From contig CM060733.1 of the NCBI GenBank assembly GCA_030704615.1, positions 11,532,001 through 11,596,000 of the forward strand: a stretch of 64,000 nt of DNA. The letters are read 5' to 3'. Position numbers and translations under genes: made by a program. Shown here one piece after another: positions 49,787 through 64,000 of this stretch (its first letter is position 1; the number at the start of each line of letters is the position of its first letter). The DNA comes from Takakia lepidozioides (Eukaryota > Plantae > Bryophyta). The notes under the pieces are model-generated. The model was not told the origin of the DNA. It did not search any database and saw nothing but the letters and a program-made list of their open reading frames with translations.

Positions 49787-52700
49787 TTATCGGCTACTTG
49801 AAGAGCTGTTCCTGGGCACGGCCCTGCGTAGTATGGGAACCCATTTCCTCCATGCCACCTCGTCTAGCTGCACATACAGCTGCAATCCATCTTTCCACTC
49901 ACACAATTCCCCTTTCTCCACTGCTCGCAAACTTCCTCCTTTTGCACTATAGATAGTCAAAGTATGAGTGAAGGCATCCTCATCGATGTCTGCACTAGTA
50001 AGAAAAATCCTGGCGGTCTCCATGATGCCGCCATCCTCTAGAGCTCTGATGCTCTGGTCACTTAAGAGTAGCACTGGTCTCTGTAGTGATCTTGGACTTT
50101 GGTCAACTCCACTTGTGTACACCAATGACATCACCTCTGTGTGTGCCATGTACCTGACCACCATCATGCCTTAAAATCGTCAGGGTCCCTCCTTAATTAT
50201 GCACGATAATCGTCAAGCAAGATCATGAAGGCTTGAAGCTTTGAGGTAAGCTTAACAACTTCCACTCAAACAACATGATTACACAAAGCACTATGCCCTT
50301 GAAAGATGCATTCCAGAAAATAACACCGATGGTATGGGGAAAAATTTGCCACTCTAGCACGTGGTTACAATCACAGGGGACAAGGGATATAGAAGCACTA
50401 TCCATGAATCAGGGGAGGTAGAGGCATGTACCTCTCTGCTGTGCCTGAGAGAATTTGGAGCTGGAAGCGTAGACGTGAGCTTCGCGTGTGACCAACCATA
50501 GGGAAGTGCTGTTGCTGGTAGGGGTCATTAGGTAACACTGATGCCTCGACCAGGGTTGATTGAGGAAGGACTATGCCTACTGTGCCAACCAGACTCTGTG
50601 AGGTGTGGGCCACCAGCTGTAGTGCCCCACTCACAGGGCCAGCAATGGCTCCAACCAGCCCCTACAAACCCAGATACTGACCATCAAATATTTGCATACA
50701 AGTAACAGTTCGTTGATTAGCAATTCTAGAAGCAATGCCAACTATGCCCCAAGACACTACACATACTGCTACCAATACACCTATTCATCAATTTTCAAGG
50801 ATATGGAATCAACAGCACTCTTATTAGTTTTCATCTGCTCAAATAAGGACTGGAAGAGAGGGATACAAGCCTGTTTGGGACACGGTAGGAACAGAATCTC
50901 TCTATTTGCATGTGATAAATTGCTGAACAGGAAGCTATGCGAGTTTATCACAGCTAGAGAGATTGTGCAAGTATATATGAGACAGATCCATAACTTTAAT
51001 GGGAAAGGCTCTGAACAGACCTTTCCAACCCCTAAAAGAAGGTTGGACCGTCCTCCAGCAGCTACTGCACGCATGGGTGTTAATATGACCCCTGACACTC
51101 CGCGCGCCACACCATGACTTAGACCAATCAAACCTCTAGAGAAACTTCCTCCAACAGGAGAGGCTAATGTAGTATCTGCATATGTTGAATCCAGTATTTG
51201 AGAGAGAGTGGAAGCAAACCCTGCGATTGATGTGAAAGTCCACACAGAAAGATGTCTGAAGAGAGAAACCCCCCCAGCCCCCAACCCAAAGAGAAAGCCA
51301 TGGGGCCCATCTTGGAATGGCAGACTGAGTAAATCATTCCACCCTGCTTGAATGCTCTTTACCAGCCCTGTCAAATTGAACAGCAAATCCAGTGACCCCA
51401 GTACACCAGGGGCATTCAAAACGCACTCAGTGGTATAGTGTGCAAGTAGACCCCGCACCAGCACCACCGGTGGGAATTGTATGCCAGCCACCCAGAATGG
51501 AGACAGCATTACAGGTGCTTGATGTGTATTCACCACTACTGGCCGTGCAATCCGCAAAGTCACCAGCAAAGCTATTTGCTCGACTCGAAAATTTTCAACA
51601 TATAACTCTGACTCTAGCAGAAAAAACTCATTTACATGGTCTGGTATGGCACCAAGCTTTCTGCCTCCCTCAGTCACAGAAGTGGAAATATCTGTAGGAC
51701 CCTGGTGTGGAGTCCTGACAGGCCTGTTAGAAGAGATGAGAAAGCGCCGTGCGAGCGCAAGAGATGCATCGTCTATATTGACTGTCAAAGGCATCAAAAA
51801 CACCTGCAACTCTTGAAGCCATGGTGGCGAGGAAATTTCAGTATCCTCTATCCTTCTACACATTTCCAAAAACACCCTTGTCGATGTGTTTTTCACCTCA
51901 CCAACCATACACTGTTGCTGTGGAACAAGGGATGAAGCAATGGCAGTGGTCATAAAGACAGGCAACTCTGATCCCTGCAATTGCATGTCCACCTGCAACA
52001 GTGCTGCTGACAGAAGGAACTTATGCACACACACTGCAGGTATACCCTGAAGAGTTGGCCTCCTTTGATAGCGAGAGAATAAAACACATAATTTCTCCAC
52101 TGTCATGACACTCACTTCATCACTAGCTAAGACACTTCGGCCCCCTTTCCCATGTTGCCTCTGCACAGACTCACCTGAACCTCTTAATATATGCCGATCA
52201 TCATCCCAGATACAGAGCCTCAGCTTTTGGATGTCTGCTGTTAAACTAAGAGCTGTGATGTTGGGTCTCTCAACCCCATGACAACAGCTTGCTTCAGCCT
52301 TCTCTGGAATTTGTGAGATGTGCAGATAATACGTGGGTCCCAATTTTTCTACATTCACAAACAGAAGCACTGGCCCATTTGCCGTACCTTGGTACTTCAT
52401 GGCTGTTTGTGATGTCAACTCCAAGGGATCAGACCAACCCTTACCCTCAACCCTGATATAGATGTGAGCAGCCTTCTTTTCCTGTTTCATGCTTCGAAGG
52501 AACAAGTCATCCAGATCCTGGAACTCCCCCTCATCTCTACTGTTGGGGAATTCCCAATCGTAATCCAACTTGGAGAATTTCATTACCCTTGCAATAAAAG
52601 AATCTCTTCTCCCACCTGTCACTTCCACTAACCACTCACAGTTATTGCAAATAATGCATGGAGGCTGGGGGTCTCTGTGGATGAGAAGATGGTACTGCTG

Positions 52701-55700
52701 CTCCACTGTAACCAGGCTATAGGTCACCATCAGGATATGACCTTTAACATCACCATGAGAAAGCATTAGACGGCGCTGCTGGGTTGTCTCAGTTAAACTC
52801 ACACCCTCTGACCAAAAATACTGACAAGGGTCATGGGTAGCAACAGGCCAATCAGTCAGGTGCTCGTCAGTTGTTGGTGTGTCTGTTCCCCTTGAATCTG
52901 GGCTTCCCTCACTGCTTGCCAGCAGTTGTGACCGCTTCTCCACTGAAGTAAGCAATGCTATGTGAACCACTGCGTGTGCACCCTCACCCAACGCAATGCT
53001 GTTTTGCCATGAAGCTGCAAAGGGAGCAAGTTTGGTCCTGTCTGGAACATCCCAGAAGCTAGACACCCCTTCAACGTGGAACCGGAGGGTGTGACCAGAG
53101 AAGTTGGAGACCAGGATCCCAGGGTAAATAGTCAAATGGCAACACATGCAAGGGGCATTGTCCTCTTCCACATTATACCTGCACGTACACCAGTTCAGCT
53201 GTAATCTATTAAAACTGAGATCCACTTACAAGGTTGTCTGCAGGAAAGACCCTGGCAGAGAGATCAAGGTCTTCAGGGACTTTCCCCATCAATTAGGATA
53301 GAAGGCACCGGCAGCTCCAAAGAGAGATGCAGATGGCGATGCCTTTGCCATGTAGGGAGGGAAACATATGCATGCACAAATGGTTGATCTCTGATCGCAT
53401 TCCTCATGTATGTAAGGTCCATGAAAGTGTAACTCAGTTGTTCAAGCAGAACATCCCCGGCAATTTAACATTTCTCAGCAGCAATAGACTAGTTCTAAGG
53501 AATGTTGCCACAACAATACAGAGCAGCAAAGACACTCAGATCAAAGCAGCAGCGTGGCTTTGAAAGAGCTCCACAGACCCACCAATATTCAGAATAGTAT
53601 TTCAGTGCAGCCTCATACTCACCTTACAATTTGAGTCCGCATAAGAAAGCGATAATCCTGAGCAGTTGTTGTTACTGTTACTTCTTCAACAGAGTCAGCT
53701 TCCACCTCTAGGGACCTTGACCAAACCCACTCTTTAGACCTAGTTTCCTGTTGAGCAGGATCCCAGACCTGCAGGCCTATGCAGACCTTCTTGCCAAAAT
53801 GTTGACTTGGTAAACCTTGTAAAGTGAATGCTGTTTTCCCACCTGAAGGTGTGCAGGCTGCTACACTTGCCTCCAGCGGCAACCAGGTGTCCCTAACAGC
53901 TACAGGCAGGGGGAAATGATTGTGGAGCACTGCCATTGGCAGAAAGGACAGGAGCATTGTTGGCAGTCCCTCTTTGTACATACTCGTTTTCAGAGTACAG
54001 CTGAAACCCTGCAAGAAACCATGCCATCACCCTGAGACGCTATATCCTTACAATATACCGGAGTAATGACTACAAGCCCATATCCTAATAAATCAATCCT
54101 GCAAATAAAACCTAATTTTGTGTTAGTGTTCCTTGGTGATCATAATGTCCCTGCAGGACTCGAACGTAAATACTAGCAGAAATTCTTCTGAAGTAACAGA
54201 CAAAATGCAAATCAATTAGCCGGGGCTGACTGGCTAACTCAGTACTAAAGAGATAACCGCGAAGATCAAAGTGACTTATGCAAGTGAACCATAAACTCTA
54301 GACAACAGGTAGAACATGGACCAAACCCAGTATCAAACAAGGTGAAATTGCATACCCATGCAGGAGCACACTTGACCAGCCATGCAGATAATCAGTCAGG
54401 CAAGCACAGAGATGCTCACCAGATGGCCTGTTTTTGAAGAAGAGAACGGAAGAATATCGTGAGATCCTACTGGAGGCAGCTCTTGGTAGGTAGTGTCAAA
54501 TCTGGCTCCCACACGGAAGATACTAGCTGTCAAAAGTATTGGCTTTGACCTAAAATTTTCTTCTTCCCTCTTGCTCTCTGCTGAAATTATACTGCCTATT
54601 TTTGAAGCCATTCCAGATGAGCCCATCTCGGTACCCTCTGATACTTGATGGTCAATATGCTCAAGCCCACCTGCAGTATCAATAGATTTTGCAACTTTGG
54701 CAAGTAGGAACTGTCTGCCTGATATGCCTACAGGGAGGGGAGCCTCCACATTGTGCTTGAGCTCTAGCGACACAGCATCTGAGCCTTGCAGACCAATTTG
54801 AAGACTCAGAGGCCGAAATAGGCTGTTGTGTACGTAGAAAAGAGGCCATAGAACTGCAACCATCTGCCCCTTTGACTCACAGCTGGCCCGTATGTGTTCT
54901 AAGCAAAGCAATGGTGAAGAAGGGGGGACCATTCCACCACTCCTCTTCCACTCCACACATTCTTTCTTCAAGAGCAGCTTTGTGGTATCGCTCAGCCCTT
55001 CTAAAGGAGCCCATGCAGACCAGCCTGTAGTGCCCTCGATCAGGACACTCATTGTTGCATGCTCCGTGAACTGCCTCTGCGATGTGGTTGCAAGCATTAT
55101 ATCGATGCCTGAGATTGTTGACTTTGAAGGAGGTAGCAAGAGGGAAAGTTCTCCTTCAGAAAAGGATAACGGAACCTCTTTACATGTCCTAGCTGTGAAG
55201 CTAGCTCCACGTCCAGAAACTAGAATCACATTCAAGACGTTCATCGGGAATAGACCACGTACACGGACCTGCAGTGAAGAGGAGGTCATATTGGCCATAT
55301 GAAAGCCGGGTCGAAGTACCACTCGTGTCTCCATGGAAAGTGGATGCTGCAATTGCACCACAACAGAGACTGCTGTGCTTGGGTCCAACAAAAGCTGCCT
55401 CTGCTGGATACTCTCTTTCTCCAACTCAAATGGATCACACCAATACATTTCTTGCGTATCCAGGGATATTCCGTCTGCATTCCTAGGACGAGCATTTACA
55501 ACCATCCCAAGCATGCAAATCTGAAGCTTCCTCTGAGCTGATGGACAAAGATTGGGAGGGGCATGCCAAGCATAGGGGTGGCATCTTCCTGCAATAATTT
55601 TAATCACTTCTTGTGAACCAGCTTGCCGTAAGGCCAAGTCAACAGAACATGCATTCTCTATAATAAATCCAAACTGTCCAAGCTTGCCAGTGCCCACCTC

Positions 55701-58700
55701 GAGAAGCTCCCTATCTCCACCATCCTCAAGATCAACAGCAAGACTTCCCCCCGTGTCTGTGGAAGGTACAGGAGGAGAAGAGAGCAACCGAGCAATACGG
55801 GAGGCCCCCTGTAAAAATGACTGCTGAATTCTCAGGGACAAATTGCCAGTTGTTTGCAAGCAACAGCTGTATCCTGACACAGTAGGAGGGTGTTGAACCT
55901 CTTGTGGTGCTAGGCCTGTCATCGAAGAGGGTTGCATTTCTTGCTTGTCACTTGCACCAATACCCTCAAATGCTGTACCAGTTTCGGTGGGTGAGATGAA
56001 GCAACCACTTAATTGCACGGCTGTCTGGACTGGTTCCAAGAGTAACTCCTGTAGAGTGATAACCATTAACATGAATGCCACAGACTTGGAAACATATATT
56101 TTCCCAACAAAACAAATGTTGCAGAACTCAAGAACATGTGCGCGCTTGGATGGCCAGGTGCACAAACATCTCACATTATAATACTAACTGTAAAATCCGC
56201 AACTACTCAAAAGGGAAAAGGAAGGAAAGGGGAAGGTGTGAGGCTTGGGGTGGGCTTCTTGCAATCTAATTTAAACCAAGAAATGTGGAGCCCTCTTGGA
56301 GAATATTATCCTTGTGTAAAACGGAACAAAAGCCACCTAACATAAGGAAAACACCACTCAAAAAATAACCAGAAAATGACATGGCAGAAAAAGTAGCTCG
56401 TACATGAGTGTAAGTAGCCATGTCCGTGTACTCTGCAAGAAGAAGACCTGAAGATATGACAGTCCATAAACTTGAACTCCAAAAGTGGAGACCAATATGT
56501 ATGCCTGATCCATGTACTCCCGCGGCCTCCATGTCATCCAAACCTTCGACCAAACAGAATCGCAGTTCTTCCGTCTTGAGATCAAGCAGCATAAAGGGTA
56601 ATATTGCTGGTTTTTCACCCAGGGGGGATACATTTGTATTGGCTGGATTCACCTGTACAAGTGATAACATTCTGGCAGCAGGTAGAGGCTGTGTCTTGTT
56701 TGGAAATATAGTGGGAAGAGCACCAGGAGGAAGAAACCATGACAGGCGCCATTCCTCTGCCTTGACCCTGGTGAAGGACTCGATGCGGTACTTTAGCTCC
56801 CCTTCCCTGGCAACTAGAAGGGGGGCCGTATCCACAAACATGCCTGCCACTTGGTCAAAGAAAGATAGCTGAAAAATGGCGGTAACATCACCTGACAAGG
56901 ATGAAATTTCACAAAAAAGTTGGTCACTAATCAACACCTCTGTGATAGACCGTGGGAAGAAGTACCTGTGCATCCAACATCACATAACTGACATTAGTGG
57001 ATGCTTCTATCCTACTTGAACTGTGTTCAGATAAATGCTACACTCCAATACAACTAAAGTCCATTTCAGGTTGCTTTGCTGTTCATCCCTTCCGTTATAT
57101 ATGGCCTTGTACAAGGAGGGAGGGAAAATTTCTAGATGGTAATTCCAGCAGTCTCTGATAGATACAAGCCAATACTGAGTGAAAGAGTCAACTAGGAGAA
57201 ATAGAGATTGAGGTAAAACACTGGGTGAAGGTGAGATTGATTTGTAGGGATTCAATGACAGAAGGTACCTCCAAGAAATCCAGCCCCCATTTACACTGCG
57301 GCCTTGAAGTGATCCATCACCCCAATTCATCTCTCCCCTTGCCAGATGTGGAGTCTCCCCACTCCACTTTACAAATGCTCCACAACGAAGGTCATCTGTC
57401 AAGTTAGCTGGTGTGACAAACTGCTGCCTTAAAGGCCAAGTTGCACTCCAGCCATGAAGCAAAGAGCTCAGAACTGCAAGTGCAGCTGATAATCTAGCCT
57501 TACACATATTTACAGTGAGGCTTTGTGCTATAAAAGATAGTATTATTGGTCCAGGGCATCCAAGAAGCCTGCCAACAATACGCATATCGATCTGTGGAAT
57601 AAGAATAGCCGGTGTTGTAAAGCCTGCTGCAATCACCATAACCTTCCAGCCCACAAGGGAGAGATCCAAGTTCTGAATCTTAAGTTTTTTTGGATCCATC
57701 ACACCAGGTATCAAGGGATCATGGACTCCCAACCACTGCCGAGCGTCTGCCCCTGATGTGGCATCTAAATTGCCAACAAAGTAGTCTGAACTCAGCATTA
57801 GTTTCAAAGTCTGCCCTGCAGTAAAGCGAGGAACAGCATGAAGACGTGCTGCACGGGCTACAACACGTAAGTTCAATGTCACCGGAAGCACATCCACACC
57901 AGCAACAGGTTGAAAAGTCTTATGCCGCTCCAAGGACACTGTTATGATCTGCAAGTTTACATGATGATACAACATCAGTCAATAATATCCCTCCCAAGAT
58001 TGTTGACAACTCCAACAGATTGGAGACATCTACTATTGACTTCACATGTAGTGTCTAAAGCTGAACCAACCAGAATGTGTCTCTGTCACATGACATTGTG
58101 ACGACCATGACGGATAATGTTCAGAACAGGTTTAATGAGGAAACTTGCCACCAGGTCGTATGGGAAGGTGTTGACTATGTAGAGTTGTAGGGAGGATTTC
58201 TTCCCTGGAAAACCTCCATCTGTGTTGCGGAGGTCGGTGCATCAAATAAGTGGTGAAGCAAATATTGGTGCCACAATCTGCCTACCTTTCCTTGAGTAAT
58301 TCAACCACCCTCATGACATCACCAAGTGCCCCTGATGCATGGAAGTGGCATGGCTGGAAGTTCCCAGGGACCCCAATTTTTTACAGCATCTAGCTAGTGC
58401 CTTCAATAGTTCAACCTGCATCATCAGTATCACTGAACTCTCTACTCCCCACAATATTTCCCAGGGTATCCAGCCTGCCTGCAACAAGCAATGGAGTGCT
58501 AATGGAGATACATAGCATAGCTTGAAGCTCAGAGGGATGTACCACAAGTGGAAGACCAGACCCTTCGCATAACGATCTTGGCACTGAAGTCTACTACCAG
58601 CTGTCGACAGGTTGTCTACCTTTGCAACTCCCATTTTCCAACACATACACAAAAGGAGGCAGAGTCAAGTGGAGACCTCACCTCCTCGATCAGCTGTGAA

Positions 58701-61700
58701 TCAATATACCAATTCAATGGGGATATCTCTACGATGGCATTAGATACTCCTTGCACACCTACATTCCATGTAGCCCCCAGCACTGGTCCAGCTTCTGTCC
58801 CACCTTCTAACATTACCGGTTGAACAAGAGGAAAGGTATGCACCAGACTTGTCTGCAGCTCTTCACTCTGTAGTGAAGACTTGTCATCAGTGCTGTTGCC
58901 ATCCTGTGTCCTACTTGTAGACAGCTCAAGGCGAGTTACTACCAGCTTACAACTGTCTGATATTTCACAGTCACCATCCATCACACCACTTCTTGTATGC
59001 AGGCTGGGGCCCTGCATTAAGGACTTGGCCCTCTTTGAAACCTTTCTGTTGATGATCATGCTCCCACCATGAACAGAAACAATCAGCTTTGAAGAATCGT
59101 CAGTATTTTCCTCCCATGTGTACAATGTGTTATCCCTCCAAAGCCCCACTCTAATGCTGGCTTGTGCAATCTGCAGATGTGTGCACCTTGTAACCTCTTG
59201 GAGCAAGACAGATTGCAGGTTAACCCCTTTGAAGGAATCTCCATTGCACCCATGATAAATGCTAGCCGATTGGGTCGCTGGAAGTATCAGGGGCTTGGGT
59301 GCTGAATTGAAGTGGTGGGCAAACTTGTACAGCAATACATGGTGCCGCCGGAGAATCTCGCATTGGACATCTTCAACCTCCACATCCAGCTTCTGTTGTT
59401 TTTAAACAATTGAATCCAGATAAGTAGTGCCTTTTTGTGGGGTGAAGCAATGTCAAAATGCAGATTGAAAGCATAAAATGGTGGCCCCCAGGTTGGGTGA
59501 ACTGCCTGGGCAGAACTAAATGGAGAATATCTATTGTGAATTGTGTGCCTAGATTGGGTCAGTTTCTCAGAAATTCGTTTCTCAATTCAAAGGCATCATA
59601 CAAATGAAGGTACAAGCACCATGCACCTCTAAACATATACAAGGTCATCTATTGACAGCTTCAGACAAGATTTTTCTGCAGTATCAGGCCATCATATAGT
59701 GATAATTCCAGGACAAAAGGGTAAGAAAAGTGAGAGGACACACCTCCATGTTGACTGGTGAAGAAGAGGTCTCACTGGTGGTTAAATCTGAATCCCATAA
59801 GTGATGGCTTTTCTGAAATATGCAGTGAATGCCAGAGACACAAAACATGGCCTCTCCTACATTCCTCAGGGAAAACCTCCTAAGTGCAGGAGCATCTTCC
59901 TACAGCAGAGTGAACTGTTAGCAATTCAACCTTAAACACTTATTACTTCATACAGATATGAAATAACTATCACATGGCCACTAGGACACATCCCCATCCC
60001 TCCCTTCTCTTTCTTGAGAATGACAGAACTCAGACCAGTATGAAACCCATTATAACATGGAGTAGCCTTGATCTAGTACACCTTTACATGATGGGTTTAA
60101 AACAATAACTGAAAATGCACTGGAGTAGTTGCAGATTATAACATAACATGTAAGACACCCATGTAAGAAAATTCCTGTTTGTCATATGTGTATGAAGGTT
60201 CATTTGGTACACTTTCAAAACCCACAGCCACATGCATGCCAGGCAATGAGTCCTCTCCCTATCTCTCTTGCATGGCATTGTAAAGTTGCTTTCTTTCTTT
60301 TCTTCTCTCAGGGAATTTCTGCACATCCTTCATAAGGACCTTGGGCACCTTCTGAGGCGCACTTTTGGGATCCAGCTCTCTAAAATCTCTCTCTAATAAA
60401 CAACAGAGAAAAGGAAAAGAAGCGTACTCTTTTAAGGGGCCTGAGTGCGACAAAACCTAGTAGCATCTTGACTTGTGCAAGGCTTCCATGAAGTAACACC
60501 TCGCATACATTGTACTTGACAGGATGTTCGTTGGACACAAGTCCAGGGACTCCTCCCATAACCACAGACAGGTTAAGTCCCATGGCAGGGACAAAAAGAG
60601 CCATCTGGCCGTCCCAGGGTGGGACTGAATGTGTGCCCTCAGATGCCTGTACAGAGGAGCTGCTGTTAAGGGCTATAAGATGCATCTGCATTTCTGCAAC
60701 GAAGAGCAGATAACTGTGACCAGGTTTGTACCCTTGATCACGCATACTCCCTGCCTTTGAAACAACTCTCTCAGAATCTCTGGTATTCCAAAGGTGAGAG
60801 TTATGCTGATATAAAGCTTGCACCAGTGTCATTGTCTGATTGGTAAGATGCAGCCTTATAAGTCCTATGTCCAATGATTCACATCGAGCTTCACAAATCT
60901 GTGAATGACCCTCGGTCGCAGCCTGACACCTGTCAGGGCAATTCAACACAACACCTGCTGCTGCTTTGCCACTGCTAAGAAGCTCTACCCTGCAAAGAAA
61001 GACAAAGAACCATCCACAATGAGACCAGGTGAGCCAAATGCAGCATCAACAAGTTGAACTTTCTCTTTTGCCAATGTTCCTTGACATACATTATTTTCTG
61101 ACCTCCCTTCCCCTAAACGTTTGTCAATGCAACAACTTATGTGCCAGTCAAATGGAGTAGTGGCACCGCACCATAATACCACTTTTCTGTCCCGATGAAA
61201 GGTCGGATGCAGTCCCTTAAAAGTAAAAACTAGGCCTGGAAGAAAACCTGATGACGGGTTTTACCTGCTCTCAAAAAGCTCCAATTCAACACAACTAATC
61301 TGTACAAAGAGGGGGCCACAACAGCCAGCATTTGAATGCAACTGTCCCAGCTTCAGATTCAATCCGGACAGTTCGCCACCAAGCCATATCCCTGCATTGG
61401 CCAGCACATTGTTCAAACCCACCAACAGAAAACGGTTGAAGACATTCCTGAATGCAAATATATAAATGTGACTCCCTACGACACGATACCAGAAACAAAT
61501 CTTTGAAATATGGATGACCAAAAGGTAAGCCCAAAGCAGAGTGAGAAGAAAGCAGGCAGGCACACTGATTGACTGACTTACATCCTAGAACCACTTGATC
61601 TGTGATGGCTTCACACTATAGAACTCCCAGGTCCTCACCTCCAAATATCGCAGGGGGGAGAAGATTCCACTTATGATGGGGAACATGTGCAGCTAGTACC

Positions 61701-64000
61701 CTCGCTACTACATGACAATCAGCACCAGTGAGTTTGAAGCTCACAACCTGGATGTCCATGCTGGCCTTCAAGCCCTCAAGTCCACCATTAGATGCCTCCT
61801 CTCCTTCTCCAACACAAGCATGTATAGAAAATGGAGGCATCACACTTTGTAACAGCTCCTGAAGATGTACAAGTAGCGCATCAGACTTTTACTTTGGAAG
61901 TTTTGAGCTGAGCCAGGAACTAGATTCAAGCTCACATGCTGCTACATGGTGTTCCACATAAATGGGATCCAAAAATCAGATGTTTTGTTGTCCTCGAATA
62001 GAAGTGTAGTAATTTAAACCCACCAACATCATCACCTTTCACCTGTCCATTGCTTTACTGTTCAAGGACATCCATGACACAACCTGGAAACATCAAGTTC
62101 TCTGTCCCCCTCCACAGATGCATGTTCATTTCAACATCTCTCTAACCCTCCCTCAATAAAGCATTGTAGCAATAATCAATCATAGAAAGTCAAAATCACA
62201 TTCACAGACAGACCAGAGATTGTCAGAATCTTACATCTTTTGCCCTTCTTTCTCCTGCAAAAACTTCAGCACTTGTTACTGACAAGACGACAGCTGCCTT
62301 AGTGGCATTTGGTGCAACATAGTCCTTGACCGAACCCATATCCCCCAATGGGTGCAGACAAGCACCAACAGCGCCTGTCTTCAATACTACTGCCGCCGAA
62401 GCATCATCAGAGTCTGCAGACAGCAGGGCAATACTACATGTGTCGACCCTACATTGAAAGTAAGCAAGGTTAAAAGGCCAATAGCCCTCCCATAGGGATT
62501 GTTCAATGGCAGGCTGAGGCATCCGGTCTTTACTCATAGTTTCTTTGACAACATCCGTAAACTGGTTGGCAGTGGCTCCAGCTATTTCTGGCTGTCCATA
62601 GCTAGGAGAGTGTGCAGTGTACAGTATTTCACTATGATTAGGACTATCCCTGGGGCTTTGGTGAGTGTCTTCTTTCATAATTCCACCTAGCCACTCAAGC
62701 CATACCTGAAACAGCCCTGGGCTATATTGGGCATAGAAATTTCCTATGGCAACACTGATACTTGTATTGCTACGTATACACCCTTGAGGGGCCGTAAGGA
62801 GGCCAGCGTCAGCTGGTTTCTCCCACCAAGTCAAATGCATAGCACCCCTGCTCTGAGGTACGTAGCCTAGCATTGATTCACTATACAAAGTAATATTCAC
62901 AATGGATGGGGTGAGCTCAGTGGCTTGGAAAACACCATTGGTAGACAAAAAACGGGCCGACAGGTCAGCTTCTGAGTCATCAAACCTGCAGCTCTCTCCA
63001 TCCTGGGTTCCTAATGATGAAGGGCATAATGCCAAAATTATATTTTCTAATATACAAGAGCACTTTTCATGTGGTTGCCGAAGGTTGAAAGTGTTCAGTC
63101 TTAAGGAAAAAGACTGCAAACCTTCTTGGGTAATGAATACATCTACTTCTGGGCTCTCGAAATAAAGGGTTCCTACAAGGCCTAGAGTGGAAGTCTTGAC
63201 CTTGGGTTGAGGGGTCAGTGGTGGGGTCTTTGGAAACAAAGCGTCAGCTGGTTTGGTATGTGCTGCACATCCATCGAAACCAGTCAAATCTTTGGTGAGG
63301 CCAGAAGGTGACTTCTTCCTACAGAGAGGTGCAGGAGCATCCGACCGGCAGTTGATCTTGGCATTCTTCACTGAAAATTGTATAAGCCACTCCACATTTG
63401 TGTGCATCTGTGAAATCCCAGCTGCTGCACCAAGCTCATGAAATGCAGCCTTCCTTATCTCTGCTGCTTCTGTCCCTTGTTCACCCATATCTTCTTCCGC
63501 CAAAAAATTCCATGCCCACCCTAACATGGACGCACCTGCTGATGCAACTCGATGCACTGGTCCTTTTTTCTGCAGGCTGGCATCGTTATTAGATGCCAGC
63601 TCAGGGTCTAAGTCAAGTGACATATTAGACTCCCAGTTCCTACTCTCTTGCTCATCTGCGATCTCCCTATTCTCACTGGAATGTTCCTGCTTGGAGGTGC
63701 CTTCAGCACTTGCAACTCCTTTGTTGACTGCCCTTGCTCTGAAGGTGAGGACCATTCCCTGAAGATTCCGCAATTGTTGGTCACTGACCATTACATCCCA
63801 GGACTCCGATTGCACAGCCAATGAGCAGCGCTGCTTTGTAGTGTTCCTGATGGAAGCAAAAGCCAGCCGAATCTCACAAGAAGAGGTACGTACCAAAGGA
63901 TCTGCAAGAAAGGTGTTTACCAACACATAAGATGAAGGGGTAACAAATCTGAAGTCAAGGAATGGATCAGGAAGGCAGGCCCTAGGAAGGAGCAGTGGAA
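49787..64000 (-). CDS. VPS13B: VPS13B/COH1-type bridge-like lipid transfer protein, 5' end outside the window. Resolved exons include 57948-57269, 56965-56404, 56048-54420, 54008-53623, 53178-51021, 50661-50432 and ~50154-49787; further exons lie between 58 and 64 kb
   Basis: C-terminal LLAHYTTECVLNAPGVLGSLDLLFNLTGLVKSIQAGWNDLLSLP..GPHGFLFG..SLFRHLS..FTSIAGFASTLS and GVGK/GLVGAIAGPVSGALQLV; also DDLRCGAF..WRY and GWAWNF. All recall metazoan VPS13B motifs (from memory). Junctions are phase-consistent GT-AG. Confidence 0.85.

Overview
Eukaryotic nuclear DNA with GT-AG introns, most likely from a non-seed land plant (inferred from the PLS-PPR-DYW style, a VPS13B-type gene and the LINE remnants). 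Apparently intact genes: SUGP1-like splicing factor (+, 8 coding exons, two introns inflated by LINEs), two protein-identical copies of a 90-aa Cys-rich peptide gene, a secreted PGIP-like LRR gene, a GT14-like/DUF266 glycosyltransferase, a FUBP-like 2xKH protein (-, 8 exons) and the 3' ~14 kb of a VPS13B/COH1-type lipid-transfer gene that continues beyond the window. Decayed loci: two PPR loci, an NB-ARC-LRR pseudogene, LRR fragments, LINEs, hAT MITEs and a CACTA-like remnant. The main observation is that both PPR loci carry OSB-type PDF (organellar ssDNA-binding) motifs. At 34057-33974 a PDF half-motif reads in frame into a PLS-PPR array that ends in an E-DYW deaminase domain, giving a PDF-PPR-DYW fusion architecture. 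Both copies here appear pseudogenised. All calls were made by eye; no searches were run.
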